From Planctopirus limnophila DSM 3776 (GTDB lineage: Bacteria; Planctomycetota; Planctomycetia; Planctomycetales; Planctomycetaceae), in assembly GCF_000092105.1 (NCBI RefSeq), contig NC_014148.1:1980001-2012000 (forward strand): DNA of 32,000 nt, written 5' to 3'. Below are positions 24,309 through 32,000 of the stretch, in pieces. Within the stretch, counting starts at the first letter, position 1, and every line of letters starts with the position of its first letter. The translations under genes were made by a program, and so were the position numbers. The notes beneath the pieces were generated by a model. It worked only from the letters and a program-made list of their open reading frames with translations, did no database searches and was not told where the DNA came from.

Positions 24309-26342
24309 ATGAGCGGATCGACACCATCTTTTCTGAAGCCGCTGGTGTGCGTCGGGGGATTACTGGCAGGGTCTTTGGCGTTACTCCCGACTTTTGCGGT
24401 GGAAAATGTGCCGCAGGCCTCTGCCACAGCAGGGAGCCCGCAGGGAAAGTTGGCAGGTCTTTCCGAGCTGACTGATAAAACCTGGAAAGATGTGGAAGGA
24501 AACGTCTGGACGTTTCCGAAGTCGGAAACTTCACCTGTTGTTGTGGTGGCGTTTCTGGGGACTGAGTGCCCTTTGGCTTTGCAGTATGCGAAGACGTTGA
24601 ATCTGCTGGCAGAACGATTTGCCAATCGAGGCGTGCAATTCGTGGGGGTTAACGCCAATCCTCAAGATTCTCTGGCCGAGATTCAGGCTCAAGCCCGACG
24701 CCAAAAACTGAGCTACCCGATTCTCAAGGATATTCATCAAGACTGGCTCAAGGCGTTAGGGGCTGAGCGAACGCCTCAAGTGGTGGTTCTCGATCAAAAC
24801 CGCGTCATTCGCTATAGCGGTCGAATCGACGACCAGCACGGGATTGGGAAATCGAGGCCAGCTCCGACTCGCGAAGATCTGGCTTTGGCTGTCGAACAGA
24901 TTCTGGCAAAGAAAAACGTCGAAATCAGCAAGACCGAAGTCATTGGCTGCCTGATCGGCCGGTTGAGTTCACCGAAGGCCCAACCTCAAGTGACATGGGC
25001 CAAAGACATCGCACCGATCCTCGACCAGCACTGTGTCGAGTGCCATCGACCCGGTGAAATCGGGCCCTTCAGCCTTGTGAATTACGAGGAGACGGCGGGT
25101 TGGGCCGAGATGATTGCCGAAGTGACCAGCGAGCGAAGAATGCCTCCCTGGCATGCGGAAGAATCGCATGGCAAATTCCTCAATGAACGCCGACTCTCTC
25201 AAAAGGAAATTGACACATTGAAGCAATGGGTCGCTGAGGGGACTCCGGCAGGAGACGTTTCACAAAGACCTCCTTTGCCAGTTTTCACCAATGGTTGGCA
25301 ATTGCCACGTCAGCCGGATCAGGTGGTGTGGATGAGCGAGCGGCCGTTCTCTGTCAAATCGACCGGTGAAGTCAAATATCAATATTTCTCGGCAGATCCC
25401 GGGATCACTGAAGATCGCTGGATTTCGGGTGTTGAGGTGCAACCCGGGAACCGGGCTGTGGTCCATCACGTCATTGTGTTCCTGAGTGAGGATGGCAAAA
25501 AGTTTGATCACGATAAGCAGTTTCTGGTGGCGTATGTGCCTGGCTTGAGATTGAAGCCACTCCCGGAAGGCTATGCGAAGCGGATCCCGAAGGGTTCCAA
25601 GTTCATTTTTCAGGTGCATTACACTCCGAATGGTGAAGCTCAGGAAGATCGCACAAAAGTCGGGCTGATCTTCGCTGATCCTGCCAAAGTGACGCATGAA
25701 GTCAAAACCGAGAGTGTGGCTCAACTTCGTTTTCGGCTAGAGCCCTACAAAGACAATCAGCGCGTTGACGCCAAGCCGACAAAAGCTCCCGTCGAGTTGG
25801 AATTGCTGTCGATGTCACCTCATATGCATCTCCGGGGGAAATCCTTCCGTTACGAACTGCAGCCACCCGGTGGGGAACGACAAGTCGTACTCAATGTTCC
25901 CCATTACGACTTCAACTGGCAGACGCAATATCGTCTGGCAGAACCCATCAAGGTGGCTCGTGGCTCGACTCTGTATGCCTCGGCAACATTTGATAATTCG
26001 CCAGATAACCTCGCTAATCCTGACCCTTCTCAGGTTGTCACCTGGGGGGATCAATCCTGGGAAGAGATGATGATTGGCTACTTCGATATCGCGATCCCTC
26101 GCTCAACCGCAGGGAGTGCCAACCTCATGACTGACTGGCTCGATTCCAAGGAGGGGCCCCGCAAACTCCTCAAAGCTCTCGATCGCAATGGCAGTGGAGA
26201 AGTCGACGAGAGCGAGGTTCAGTCGGGCCATCGGCAGTTTCTCAAGCAGATCGATGCCGACAACTCTGGTGGATTGAGTGAGGAAGAGCTCCGCAGTAAC
26301 TGGACGAAAGTGCTCAAGGCGATTTCTGCGAAAAAATCATAA
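24309..26342 (+). CDS. exported multidomain redox protein: thioredoxin-like fold + c-type cytochrome module + PHM/DBH-like copper monooxygenase domain + two EF-hands
   Basis: Signal peptide, then VVVAFLGTECPLA (single Cys). CVECH followed by MPPWHA. Copper-ligand-like set VVHHVIVF, FQVHYTPNG, SPHMHLRG and WEEMMIGYF. EF loops DRNGSGEVDESE and DADNSGGLSEEE. Confidence 0.85.
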   Translation: MSGSTPSFLKPLVCVGGLLAGSLALLPTFAVENVPQASATAGSPQGKLAGLSELTDKTWKDVEGNVWTFPKSETSPVVVVAFLGTECPLALQYAKTLNLLAERFANRGVQFVGVNANPQDSLAEIQAQARRQKLSYPILKDIHQDWLKALGAERTPQVVVLDQNRVIRYSGRIDDQHGIGKSRPAPTREDLALAVEQILAKKNVEISKTEVIGCLIGRLSSPKAQPQVTWAKDIAPILDQHCVECHRPGEIGPFSLVNYEETAGWAEMIAEVTSERRMPPWHAEESHGKFLNERRLSQKEIDTLKQWVAEGTPAGDVSQRPPLPVFTNGWQLPRQPDQVVWMSERPFSVKSTGEVKYQYFSADPGITEDRWISGVEVQPGNRAVVHHVIVFLSEDGKKFDHDKQFLVAYVPGLRLKPLPEGYAKRIPKGSKFIFQVHYTPNGEAQEDRTKVGLIFADPAKVTHEVKTESVAQLRFRLEPYKDNQRVDAKPTKAPVELELLSMSPHMHLRGKSFRYELQPPGGERQVVLNVPHYDFNWQTQYRLAEPIKVARGSTLYASATFDNSPDNLANPDPSQVVTWGDQSWEEMMIGYFDIAIPRSTAGSANLMTDWLDSKEGPRKLLKALDRNGSGEVDESEVQSGHRQFLKQIDADNSGGLSEEELRSNWTKVLKAISAKKS

Positions 26343-26380
26343 TCGCCGGCCTGCGAAAATCACCGAATTGAAGTGATGGC

Positions 26381-26677
26381 TCACCGCAGATCAAAACGCT
26401 GCATCAGTTCTCGCTCAACCGTGCTCAAGTCATGTCCGTAGGCCTTGAGCAGCAGCATCCAGTGGAACAACACATTGGCAGCTGCTGCAGGAACATCGCC
26501 CGGATTCCCTGCATCCTCTTCTGCACAGGCTTCGACCATCTGGTAGGCCTTTTCAACCAGCGTCGTGGCCATCATGTGATGACCCGCCTGCGAAAGTTCC
26601 GTCACATAAGAACCGGCGGGGAGTTCCTTGAGCCGGTGTTCCAACTGTGCTTCGAGCCGCTTGAGCAAATCACTCAT
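26381..26677 (-). CDS. phosphoribosyl-ATP pyrophosphohydrolase (HisE)-like MazG-fold protein
   Basis: Length and pattern LP-AGSYVTEL...VEKAYQMVEA...NVLFHWMLLLKAYGHDLSTVERELMQR resemble HisE. Several canonical acidic positions look substituted, so the functional call is tentative. GAGG lies 8 nt before ATG 26677. Confidence 0.55.
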   Translation of the reverse strand: MSDLLKRLEAQLEHRLKELPAGSYVTELSQAGHHMMATTLVEKAYQMVEACAEEDAGNPGDVPAAAANVLFHWMLLLKAYGHDLSTVERELMQRFDLR

Positions 26678-26722
26678 CAAGTCTACCTCAGGCTGTGTTT
26701 TGAATGATCGACTCGAGAGTGA

Positions 26723-27169
26723 TTACGAAAACGCCTTGACCAGCATCTGACGGCGATAAGCGAAGGCATCTTCCAGTTGATCGAGAATCTTGTCGGCAGT
26801 GACCATCAGGCCAATCAGGCCTCCCGGTGGCTCAAACTCAATTCGATTTTTCAGCACGCACAACTCATCATCCTGCTGTTCGATGATGTAATCGTGAATG
26901 TAACTTTTAATAGGGCCTTTGATCAGTTCCTCGCGAAAGCCCACGGGAGAATTAAAGACCGTGATCTTCTGCTCAAGTTGCTGGACGACGCCGTAAGCCT
27001 GAACTCGACAGACCATGATGCTGCCGAGAGATAACACTTCGGGAGCTTCCACAAAAACCAGACCAGCATCTGGAGGACTCAGCGAAGCGAGATTCTTCGG
27101 ACGTGAGATAAAATCGAAGATTTTTTCCGGTGCTGCAGGAAGCTGAACCTGACTCTCAAACTGTGGCAT
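26723..27169 (-). CDS. SRPBCC (START/polyketide-cyclase-like) family protein
   Basis: 148 aa starting MPQFESQVQLPAAPEKIFDFISRPKNLASLSPP, typical of the SRPBCC/CoxG-like fold. Lies 42 nt upstream of and co-directional with the hisE-like gene. Confidence 0.7.
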   Translation of the reverse strand: MPQFESQVQLPAAPEKIFDFISRPKNLASLSPPDAGLVFVEAPEVLSLGSIMVCRVQAYGVVQQLEQKITVFNSPVGFREELIKGPIKSYIHDYIIEQQDDELCVLKNRIEFEPPGGLIGLMVTADKILDQLEDAFAYRRQMLVKAFS

Positions 27170-27336
27170 GTCAAAACCTTCGAAATAAACCTGCAGTTCC
27201 CTGGTTCAACAACAGCTGTCGAATGCGGTCCCTTTCAAGGTTCAGCAAACCACAGCCACTGTTATGATGGGCAGAATGCTGCCCTGCGAACTGAGTGCAG
27301 TGTATGCCACCTACCTGCTGTTGAAAACCACTCGCT

Positions 27337-28305
27337 ATGCAGTTTCCCGCAGAACTTCTCAACCAGTGCTGGTTTCTGACCGGGGCGACCGCCAGTGGAA
27401 AGACCGCAGTCTCTCTCGAACTGGCAAAATTGCTCGATGCAGAGATTATTGCTCTGGATTCGATGACACTGTATCGAAAAATGGACATCGGTACAGCAAA
27501 GCCGACTATCTCGGAGCGTCTGGCGACGGCGCACCATTTGTTTGATGTCATTGAACCCTGGGAAGAATTCAGTGTGGCGGAGTATCTGAAAAGTGCCCGT
27601 CAGGTGGCTGAAGAGATTGTCCAGCGTCACAAGACCCCGCTGTTTGTCGGTGGAGCGGGGTTATATCTGAGGAGCCTGCTGCGTGGCGTTTTTAATGGCC
27701 CGGCTGCTGATTGGGAGCTCCGCAAGAAGTGGGAGACGTTGGCGATCACTGCGGGAAATCAGGCTGTTCATGACCTTCTGGCCCAATGCGATCCTCCCGC
27801 AGCGGCTCGATTACATGTGAATGATTTGCGGCGAGTGATCCGCGCATTAGAGGTTTTTGAGCTGACGGGCATTCCGTTGTCTGCGCAACAGAATCAACCG
27901 CCAGTCGAAGGGATCCACAAAGTCTTTGCTTTGATGCCCCCTCGAGGCTGGTTAGCCGAACGCATCGAACGGAGATTAATGCAGATGGTTCAGCAAGGGC
28001 TGGTGGCGGAAAACCTCAGACTTATGGAACTGGAGCGCCCTCTCAGCCATACCGCCCGACAGGCATTGGGCTACAAAGAGATTCTCGATTGGCTGGAAAC
28101 CCTGAGGCCTGAAGCTCGACACCCGGAACTTTCTCTCCCTGAAGCTGTGTTTATCACCATGCGCGATCGCACACGACAGTTTGCCAAGCGACAGGAAACA
28201 TGGTTCCGTAATCTGGAAGAATGTCGGCAAATCCCCATCGATCCCCAGGACAGTCCAGTCACGATTGCACGGCAGATATTGAAAGCCGCCGAGAATCGAT
28301 CGTGA
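27337..28305 (+). CDS. miaA: tRNA dimethylallyltransferase
   Basis: P-loop FLTGATASGKTAVSLELA, ALDSMTLYRKMDIGTAKPT, LFVGGAGLYLRSLL and RRVIRALEV motifs. Confidence 0.93.
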   Translation: MQFPAELLNQCWFLTGATASGKTAVSLELAKLLDAEIIALDSMTLYRKMDIGTAKPTISERLATAHHLFDVIEPWEEFSVAEYLKSARQVAEEIVQRHKTPLFVGGAGLYLRSLLRGVFNGPAADWELRKKWETLAITAGNQAVHDLLAQCDPPAAARLHVNDLRRVIRALEVFELTGIPLSAQQNQPPVEGIHKVFALMPPRGWLAERIERRLMQMVQQGLVAENLRLMELERPLSHTARQALGYKEILDWLETLRPEARHPELSLPEAVFITMRDRTRQFAKRQETWFRNLEECRQIPIDPQDSPVTIARQILKAAENRS

Positions 28306-28342
28306 CTTTGATAGAGATGGATCACTTCTGACGAGTGTGCGA

Positions 28343-29713
28343 TTAGGGGATCCATCGCTGTAAGTGTTTGACCAGACAGAGCGCAGCTGGAATTGCGAGG
28401 AGAGGTTCAATGGGGGCCCGCATCCGCGCATTGCTGAAGTAGAAAATGTGCGGCAGCATCACCAGGCAGACAGTTCCCAACAACCAGACGCCAAAAACTC
28501 GATGACAGCGAAGGAGTTCAACAGTTCCTAAACAGGCCAGAATGGCGAACAGGCCATAGCAGAAGAACAACAGTTCCATGAGCCCCCGGGGGACTTGGTT
28601 CTGGAACATGCTTTGAGGCACTGGGCTCCAGAAAAATGCCATCCTGAGCAGGGCACTGCGAGCAAAGGCTGAAGGATTGCGGCGAATGGCTTGCCAGGCC
28701 CAGTCCTGCTGAAGTTTGTCTTGCTCGACTTCACTGAGCCCGTCGAGTTTTTCGCGGTTTTGGGCTTCCCATTCACGAAATTTTTCATCAGGCCAGATGG
28801 AAGTTCCCCGGGTTTCTTCCAGTTCCTGGATGACAGGATTGTTCGCCAGCCAGAGTGTGTAACCTCCATGTGTCGTGGTCACGATGGGAGTACCCGTCAC
28901 GACGAGGTTTCGAGTCATCCAGATTCCGGGAGCGATCAAAGAAAATCCGGCGAGAAGCATTACGATTCGCAGTGGCAATCGCAGTGAAGCGTGTGATGAG
29001 CGTTGGCTGCTGGCCCATCCCATGCAGATGAGGAACCATGGCAACAGCAGAAGCAGGGCCGGTCTGGCCAATGGGGCGAGCCCTGCCAAGAGGCCAGCCC
29101 ACATCAGCCTGGAGAGCGTAAGAGATGCGGGATGAATCAATGCCTGTGCCAACTGCAGAGACAACAGCATGATCAGAGTTGCGGCTAAAATTTCAGTCAT
29201 CGGCTGGGTCGAGTAGAGCAGCAGCAGAGGATCTATTGCCACGATCAAGCCAGCCCAGCCACCCGCCAGATACCATCCATTTCTTTTGAGTCCATCGCTG
29301 GCAAGATCGATCGTCAACAGTTGAGTTGTTCGGATCGTAGCCCAGGTGAGCACCAGAGAGAGTGACAACTGCAGCATGGCCACAGCCCACGTGACATTTG
29401 CCAACCACAACAGCGGTGCCAGAAGCAGTGGGAAAAGTGGTGGTCGAAACGCTGTGGGAACTCCGCCAGGCCCGCAGTAGCCCAGACCATCAGCCAGATT
29501 TTGAGCCAGGAGCAGATAAGCATCCCGATCAATCGCTAAAGATTCGGGCTTCACAACCATCCAGCCCACGCGGAGGATCAAGGTCAACGCCAAAGCTGTC
29601 CAGCACAGCCAGTCAAGACGGAATCTCGATAATGGCTGTGCTACTGACGGCGGCTGCGGAGAGTGAAAATTCATTGACAGCGTCACTGTCCAGTGAGGTT
29701 TTCCCGTTGGCAC
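28343..29713 (-). CDS. polytopic membrane glycosyltransferase, GT39/ArnT-PMT-like
   Basis: More than 10 hydrophobic helices. N-terminal loop motif DRDAYLLLAQNLADGLGY is typical of dolichyl/undecaprenyl-phosphate-sugar-dependent transferases. A soluble loop follows (WLANNPVIQELEETRGTSIWPDEKFREWE). Confidence 0.7.
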   Translation of the reverse strand: MPTGKPHWTVTLSMNFHSPQPPSVAQPLSRFRLDWLCWTALALTLILRVGWMVVKPESLAIDRDAYLLLAQNLADGLGYCGPGGVPTAFRPPLFPLLLAPLLWLANVTWAVAMLQLSLSLVLTWATIRTTQLLTIDLASDGLKRNGWYLAGGWAGLIVAIDPLLLLYSTQPMTEILAATLIMLLSLQLAQALIHPASLTLSRLMWAGLLAGLAPLARPALLLLLPWFLICMGWASSQRSSHASLRLPLRIVMLLAGFSLIAPGIWMTRNLVVTGTPIVTTTHGGYTLWLANNPVIQELEETRGTSIWPDEKFREWEAQNREKLDGLSEVEQDKLQQDWAWQAIRRNPSAFARSALLRMAFFWSPVPQSMFQNQVPRGLMELLFFCYGLFAILACLGTVELLRCHRVFGVWLLGTVCLVMLPHIFYFSNARMRAPIEPLLAIPAALCLVKHLQRWIP

Positions 29714-29869
29714 GGGATCAATGGTTGAAAACCAAATGTGAAAGCAAATCGAAACGAATCCGTGCGCAGTTGATCACGAGCGATTTTCACGGTCAACTGA
29801 AAGGGCATGAATATCGAGTTTGATTCATGACTGAATCGACACAACAGGACACACATCTGGAGAGCAGCG

Positions 29870-30751
29870 ATGGCAGATTTCTGGAAATACGGGCTCGTCA
29901 TGCTCTCCCTCTGGGTTGGTCTGCAGCATGCGGCTCTGGCAAGCGATCCCGCTGTGAAAATTACGCCGGATGTGGTCTATGGTCATAAAGATGGCCTGGC
30001 GATGACGCTGGATGTCTTCACGCCAACCGCAAATGCCAATGGAGCAGGGGTGATTTTTATCGTTAGCGGTGGCTGGTATTCGCAGTGGACACCACCCGAA
30101 AAGCTGCATGGCATGCTCAAGCCACTGACCGATGCAGGCTATACCGTTTTTGCAGTGCGGCATGGCAGCAGCCCGAAGTATGGCATTCCGGATGCCGTCG
30201 CCGATGTTCGCCGCAGTGTGCGATTTATTCGTCTGCATGCCCAACAGTTTGGCATCTCGCCCGACCGACTGGGAGTCTTTGGCATCAGCGCTGGAGGACA
30301 TCTTTCACTCACGCTGGGCACCACAGGAGACGATGGCCGTGCGAGTGACGCTGATCCAGTCAATCGCGTGAGTGATCGTGTTCAGGCCGTGGTGGCCTTT
30401 GTTGCTCCTACCGATCTGACGATTATGGTGCGCGAGGCCAAAGACCGGTTGCCGGCTTACAATCGGTTCCCGGCGCTGGATCTCGACCTGGCTGCAGCGA
30501 AGAAGCTTTCACCTCTCTTTGAGGTTTCTGCCGATGACGCGCCGACCTTGCTGCTGGCTGGGGCCAAGGATGATCTGGTCCCCATCGCGCACAGCCAGAA
30601 AATCAAGGCGGCTTTCGATCAGACGCAAGTTCCCAGCCGATTAATGGAATTCCCCGAGGCAGGCCATGGCTTGCCTCCTGCCGACATGAAACAGGCCGTT
30701 GAAGAAATGCTGAACTGGTTCAACAAGCATCTTGCCCCGCCAACTTCATGA
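29870..30751 (+). CDS. exported alpha/beta hydrolase (esterase/lipase-peptidase S9-like)
   Basis: Signal MADFWKYGLVMLSLWVGLQHAALA. Nucleophile elbow GISAGGH, acid in GAKDDLVP and His in PEAGHG. Confidence 0.85.
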   Translation: MADFWKYGLVMLSLWVGLQHAALASDPAVKITPDVVYGHKDGLAMTLDVFTPTANANGAGVIFIVSGGWYSQWTPPEKLHGMLKPLTDAGYTVFAVRHGSSPKYGIPDAVADVRRSVRFIRLHAQQFGISPDRLGVFGISAGGHLSLTLGTTGDDGRASDADPVNRVSDRVQAVVAFVAPTDLTIMVREAKDRLPAYNRFPALDLDLAAAKKLSPLFEVSADDAPTLLLAGAKDDLVPIAHSQKIKAAFDQTQVPSRLMEFPEAGHGLPPADMKQAVEEMLNWFNKHLAPPTS

Positions 30752-30824
30752 GTGACAAAAACGCTGCTTCCCCTGTATTCGATTGAATACCCAGTACGAC
30801 GAGACATTCCTGGAGCGATTCCTG

Positions 30825-31793
30825 ATGACAAATATCAGTCGGCGGACATTTCTGGCTACAAGTTCCTGCGCAATCACTTTACCCGCCCTGGTGACTCAGG
30901 CGCAGGAGCAGACAGCACCTCTGCGTTTTGGGGTGATCACGGATCTCCATCAGGACATTATCCCCGATGCTCCTGAACGTTTGAGAGCGTTTGTCGAAGC
31001 GATGACATTGGCAAACGTCGATTTTATCTGCCAACTGGGCGATTTTTGTATCCCCAAACCTGCAAACCAGCCCCTCATGAAGATCTGGAACTCATTTCCC
31101 GGGCCTAAATACCATGTGCTGGGTAATCATGACATGGACGCCGGTTACAAACCTCAGGTCACTGCCGAGTTCTATGGTATGCCTGCCAGGTACTATGCGT
31201 TTTCTGCAAAAGGGGTGCGATTCATTGTTCTGGATGGAAACGAACCGGGGGGCCAGAAATCGGGATATGCCCGGTACATTGGACCGGATCAAATCGCGTG
31301 GTTGAAAACGGAGCTTGAGAAATCCAACGAACCCGTCATCGTGCTCATCCACCAACCTCTGGAAACAGATTCAGGCATCGAAAACCATGCGGCAATCCAG
31401 AAGATTCTCGAAGGGACGTTATCAAACAAGTCGCCCGTAGTGGCTGTATTCGCAGGTCACTTGCATCAGGATTACGTTCGCCCTGTCAACGGGATTCCCT
31501 ACATCCAGATCAACAGTGCGGCTTACCACTGGATGGGGGATCAATTCGCACACGAGAGTTACTCTCCAGAAATTCACAAACAGCATCCTCACCTGAAAAG
31601 TACCTGCCCCTATCAGGATCCTTTATGGGCGATGGTGACTGTCGATCTAGCCGGGCGAACACTCGAAATTGAGGGGCTAAAAACGACATGGGTCGGGCAA
31701 TCTCCCTGGGAACTGGGTGCGACTGAGAAAAGTCATCCGCCGGAAATTGTCCGGCCAGCCATCAGTGAGCAGCAGATCAATCTGGTTCGCTGA
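30825..31793 (+). CDS. Tat-exported metallophosphoesterase
   Basis: Twin-arginine signal MTNISRRTFLATSSCAITLPAL. Calcineurin-like motifs GVITDLHQD, LGDF, LGNHD, VLIHQP and AGHLHQD. Start placed at ATG 30825; the track uses TTG 30783. Confidence 0.85.
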   Translation: MTNISRRTFLATSSCAITLPALVTQAQEQTAPLRFGVITDLHQDIIPDAPERLRAFVEAMTLANVDFICQLGDFCIPKPANQPLMKIWNSFPGPKYHVLGNHDMDAGYKPQVTAEFYGMPARYYAFSAKGVRFIVLDGNEPGGQKSGYARYIGPDQIAWLKTELEKSNEPVIVLIHQPLETDSGIENHAAIQKILEGTLSNKSPVVAVFAGHLHQDYVRPVNGIPYIQINSAAYHWMGDQFAHESYSPEIHKQHPHLKSTCPYQDPLWAMVTVDLAGRTLEIEGLKTTWVGQSPWELGATEKSHPPEIVRPAISEQQINLVR

Positions 31794-31894
31794 TCCTCGA
31801 ATGATCTCAGAATTGAGTCACTGTGGCGGCCCAGTGTTTCTCGATATAAGATATATCGCACATTGCTTATGCGTTTTTCCGAGAGGCACTGTCC

Positions 31895-32000
31895 ATGGAT
31901 CATCGTTTCCAGCCGCGATTGTTGTTGAGCCGCACAGTTCGTTATGGATTGCTGGCTGGCCTGATGTTCGTTGGAGGATGGGCAACGCTCGATGCGCAGG
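31895..32000 (+). CDS. hypothetical exported protein, 3'-truncated by the window edge
   Basis: My own translation: MDHRFQPRLLLSRTVRYGLLAGLMFVGGWATLDAQ, which is signal-peptide-like. The ORF runs off the window. Confidence 0.3.
   Translation, partial: MDHRFQPRLLLSRTVRYGLLAGLMFVGGWATLDAQ

Noticed and set aside
24034-24312. 92-aa ORF overlapping the end of cobA/hemD and the following spacer
   Set aside because: It overlaps a well-supported gene in another frame and has no motif or SD.
25260-25724. 154-aa antisense ORF inside the multidomain redox gene
   Set aside because: It overlaps the region encoding the conserved HH and QVHY copper-ligand motifs on the plus strand, and it has no features of its own.

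Overview
32-kb chromosomal window from a moderately GC-rich bacterium. No similarity search was possible, so all calls rest on motifs read from the ORF translations. The gene content points to Planctomycetota (inference): a PSCyt-type CxxCH module fused to other domains, many proline-rich exported proteins, a Hanks kinase, and pathway genes scattered rather than in operons. I support about 30 protein-coding genes, one clear intrinsic terminator and one structured 5' leader. I found no rRNA, tRNA, CRISPR array, transposase, integrase or phage genes. Recognisable housekeeping genes are a pgsA-type CDP-alcohol phosphatidyltransferase, proB, rnpA-yidD, a type-I dehydroquinase/shikimate-dehydrogenase-like fusion, hemB, a cobA/hemD fusion, a hisE-like gene and miaA. 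There are also three exported thioredoxin-fold proteins, several hydrolases and a GT39-like membrane glycosyltransferase. Most worth a second look: (1) 24309-26342, one exported polypeptide combining a thioredoxin fold, a c-haem site, a complete PHM/DBH-type copper-monooxygenase ligand set and two EF-hands. (2) 9189-13385, a head-to-head pair of proline-rich exported proteins, one about 990 aa. (3) 19028-22279, a three-gene minus-strand unit of unknown function ending in a TlpA-like thioredoxin. (4) 14815-17163, an eboA/eboB-like pair without the rest of the ebo cluster. (5) 7703-9160, a dehydroquinase/shikimate-dehydrogenase-like fusion in which catalytic residues of both halves look substituted. 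(6) 17340-17433, a structured leader that can occlude the ribosome-binding site of an orphan STAS gene. None of these is proven novel; each needs profile searches and comparative genomics.
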